15,336 bases of DNA from a virus, in the UHGV virus genome UHGV-1739098; one strand, 5' to 3'. The stretch's first letter is position 1. The number at the start of each line of letters is the position of its first letter. The translations under genes were made by a program, and so were the position numbers. The notes beneath the pieces are model-generated. The model did no database searches. It saw nothing but the letters and a program-made list of their open reading frames with translations, and was not told where the DNA came from. Shown in pieces: positions 14,168-15,336 of the stretch.

Positions 14168-15204
14168 AAGCAGAAGCGTGGAGAGTAAAAAATCTCGGGG
14201 AATCACCGAAAAAGCTATTCAAGGAAGCCTGCATACGGTGGCTGCGTGAGAAATCGGATAAGAAGTCCATTGATGATGACAAGAGCATTATATCGTTCTG
14301 GATGTTGCACTTCAGAGAAACCATTCTCTCTGACATAACAACAGAAAAAATAATGGAGGCGGTAGACGGGATGGAAAACCGCCGCCATCGCCTGAACTGG
14401 GAAATGAGCCGGGACAGGTGTTTGCGGCTTGGCAAGCCAGTGCCGGAGTATAAACCAAAGCTGGCAAGCAAAGGAACGAAGACGCGGCATCTGGCAATAC
14501 TTCGCGCTATTCTCAATATGGCTGTTGAATGGGGATGGCTTGACAGGGCGCCCAAAATATCAACACCACGCGTTAAGAATGGACGAATCAGATGGCTTAC
14601 AGAGGAGGAATCGAAGCGCCTGTTTGCAGAAATTGCTCCTCATTTCTTCCCTGTGGTCATGTTTGCAATCACGACAGGCCTTCGCCGTTCCAACGTTACA
14701 GACCTTGAGTGGTCACAGGTCGATCTGGATAAGAAAATGGCATGGATGCACCCTGATGAAACAAAAGCTGGCAATGCGATCGGAGTTCCTCTTAACGAAA
14801 CCGCATGCCAGATATTAAGAAAACAGCAGGGGCTCCATAAGAGATGGGTATTTGTCCACACCAAACCTGCCTACCGAAGCGACGGAACAAAAACAGCAGC
14901 GGTAAGGAAGATGAGAACCGACAGCAACAAGGCATGGAAGGGAGCGTTAAAGCGGGCAGGCATTAGCAACTTCCGCTTCCATGACCTGAGGCATACCTGG
15001 GCAAGCTGGCTGGTTCAGTCCGGTGTCTCTCTTCTTGCACTTAAAGAGATGGGAGGATGGGAAACTCTCGAAATGGTTCAAAGATACGCCCACCTTTCAG
15101 CCGGGCATCTCACCGAGCACGCGAGCAAAATCGATGCGATTATAAGTCGCAATGGCACAAATACGGCACAAGAGGAGAACGTGGTTTACTTAAATGTTAG
15201 GTAA
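14044..15204 (+). CDS. int: Tyrosine integrase (P22/lambdoid tRNA-targeting type)
   Basis: C-terminal catalytic motifs HDLRHTWASWLVQSGV and MGGWETLEMVQRYAHL; the N-terminal arm resembles P22-type integrases. Its stop lies 14 nt from the tRNA 3-prime end. Confidence 0.9.
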   Translation: MSIKLRGGTWHCDFVAPDGSRIRRSLETSDKRQAQELHDRLKAEAWRVKNLGESPKKLFKEACIRWLREKSDKKSIDDDKSIISFWMLHFRETILSDITTEKIMEAVDGMENRRHRLNWEMSRDRCLRLGKPVPEYKPKLASKGTKTRHLAILRAILNMAVEWGWLDRAPKISTPRVKNGRIRWLTEEESKRLFAEIAPHFFPVVMFAITTGLRRSNVTDLEWSQVDLDKKMAWMHPDETKAGNAIGVPLNETACQILRKQQGLHKRWVFVHTKPAYRSDGTKTAAVRKMRTDSNKAWKGALKRAGISNFRFHDLRHTWASWLVQSGVSLLALKEMGGWETLEMVQRYAHLSAGHLTEHASKIDAIISRNGTNTAQEENVVYLNVR

Positions 15205-15218
15205 CTTATTGATTTAAA

Positions 15219-15294
15219 TGGTGCCGATAATAGGAGTCGAACCTACGACCTTCGCATTACGAATGCGCTGCTCTACCAACTGAGCTATATCGGC
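15219..15294 (-). tRNA. thrW: tRNA-Thr (anticodon CGU), thrW-like
   Basis: The reverse complement folds as a canonical cloverleaf: acceptor stem GCCGATA/TATCGGC, anticodon loop TTCGTAA (anticodon CGT), T-loop TTCGACT, encoded CCA. Confidence 0.8.
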
Positions 15295-15336
15295 CCTGAA
15301 AGGACATGTTCACGAACGTGAATCACGGTGGACAAG

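Larger units (their letters stand above)
1..15260. mobile_element. Lambdoid (P22-like mosaic) prophage, early/immunity/integration half; right end at the tRNA-Thr gene, left end beyond the window
   Basis: Canonical gene order ninB / helicase / O / cII / cro / cI / N / cIII / kil / recT / xis / int, then a tRNA. The right boundary is somewhere in the tRNA 3-prime part and is only approximate. Confidence 0.85.

Noticed and set aside
14154-14864. Several minus-strand and alternative-frame ORFs inside int
   Set aside because: The integrase frame has clear catalytic motifs; the others are shadow ORFs.
1-15336. CRISPR arrays, insertion sequences or transposon inverted repeats
   Set aside because: I saw no regularly spaced direct repeats with unique spacers and no transposase-like ORF flanked by terminal inverted repeats. 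The only exact long repeat is the 29-bp iteron pair inside the initiator gene.

Overview
This window is the early, immunity, recombination and integration half of a lambdoid prophage with P22-type features, ending at a tRNA-Thr(CGU) gene (thrW-like) at the right edge. All calls rest on reading the sequence and ORF track by eye and on remembered family motifs; no database search or computation was run, and hand-derived coordinates may be off by 1-2 nt. On the minus strand (the pR operon) lie cro, cII, two extra ORFs, an O-like initiator with internal iterons, a DnaB-like helicase, a small Cys-rich ORF and the start of ninB. The immunity region has a cI repressor flanked by OR and OL operator sets built from 14-bp palindromes ATAAC-N4-GTTAT. 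On the plus strand (the pL operon) lie an N antiterminator with a P22-type boxB, an accessory cassette, cIII, kil, recT, a Gp157-like gene, Ead/Ea22-like and DUF551-like genes, xis and int. The best candidates for undescribed accessory or defence functions are three visibly AT-rich or out-of-place insertions: a membrane-protein gene between cI and OL (4976-5272), a four-gene cassette between N and cIII including a terminator-insulated 324-aa protein (6299-8130), and two genes between cII and O (2874-3424). None of these has a function I can assign from sequence alone.
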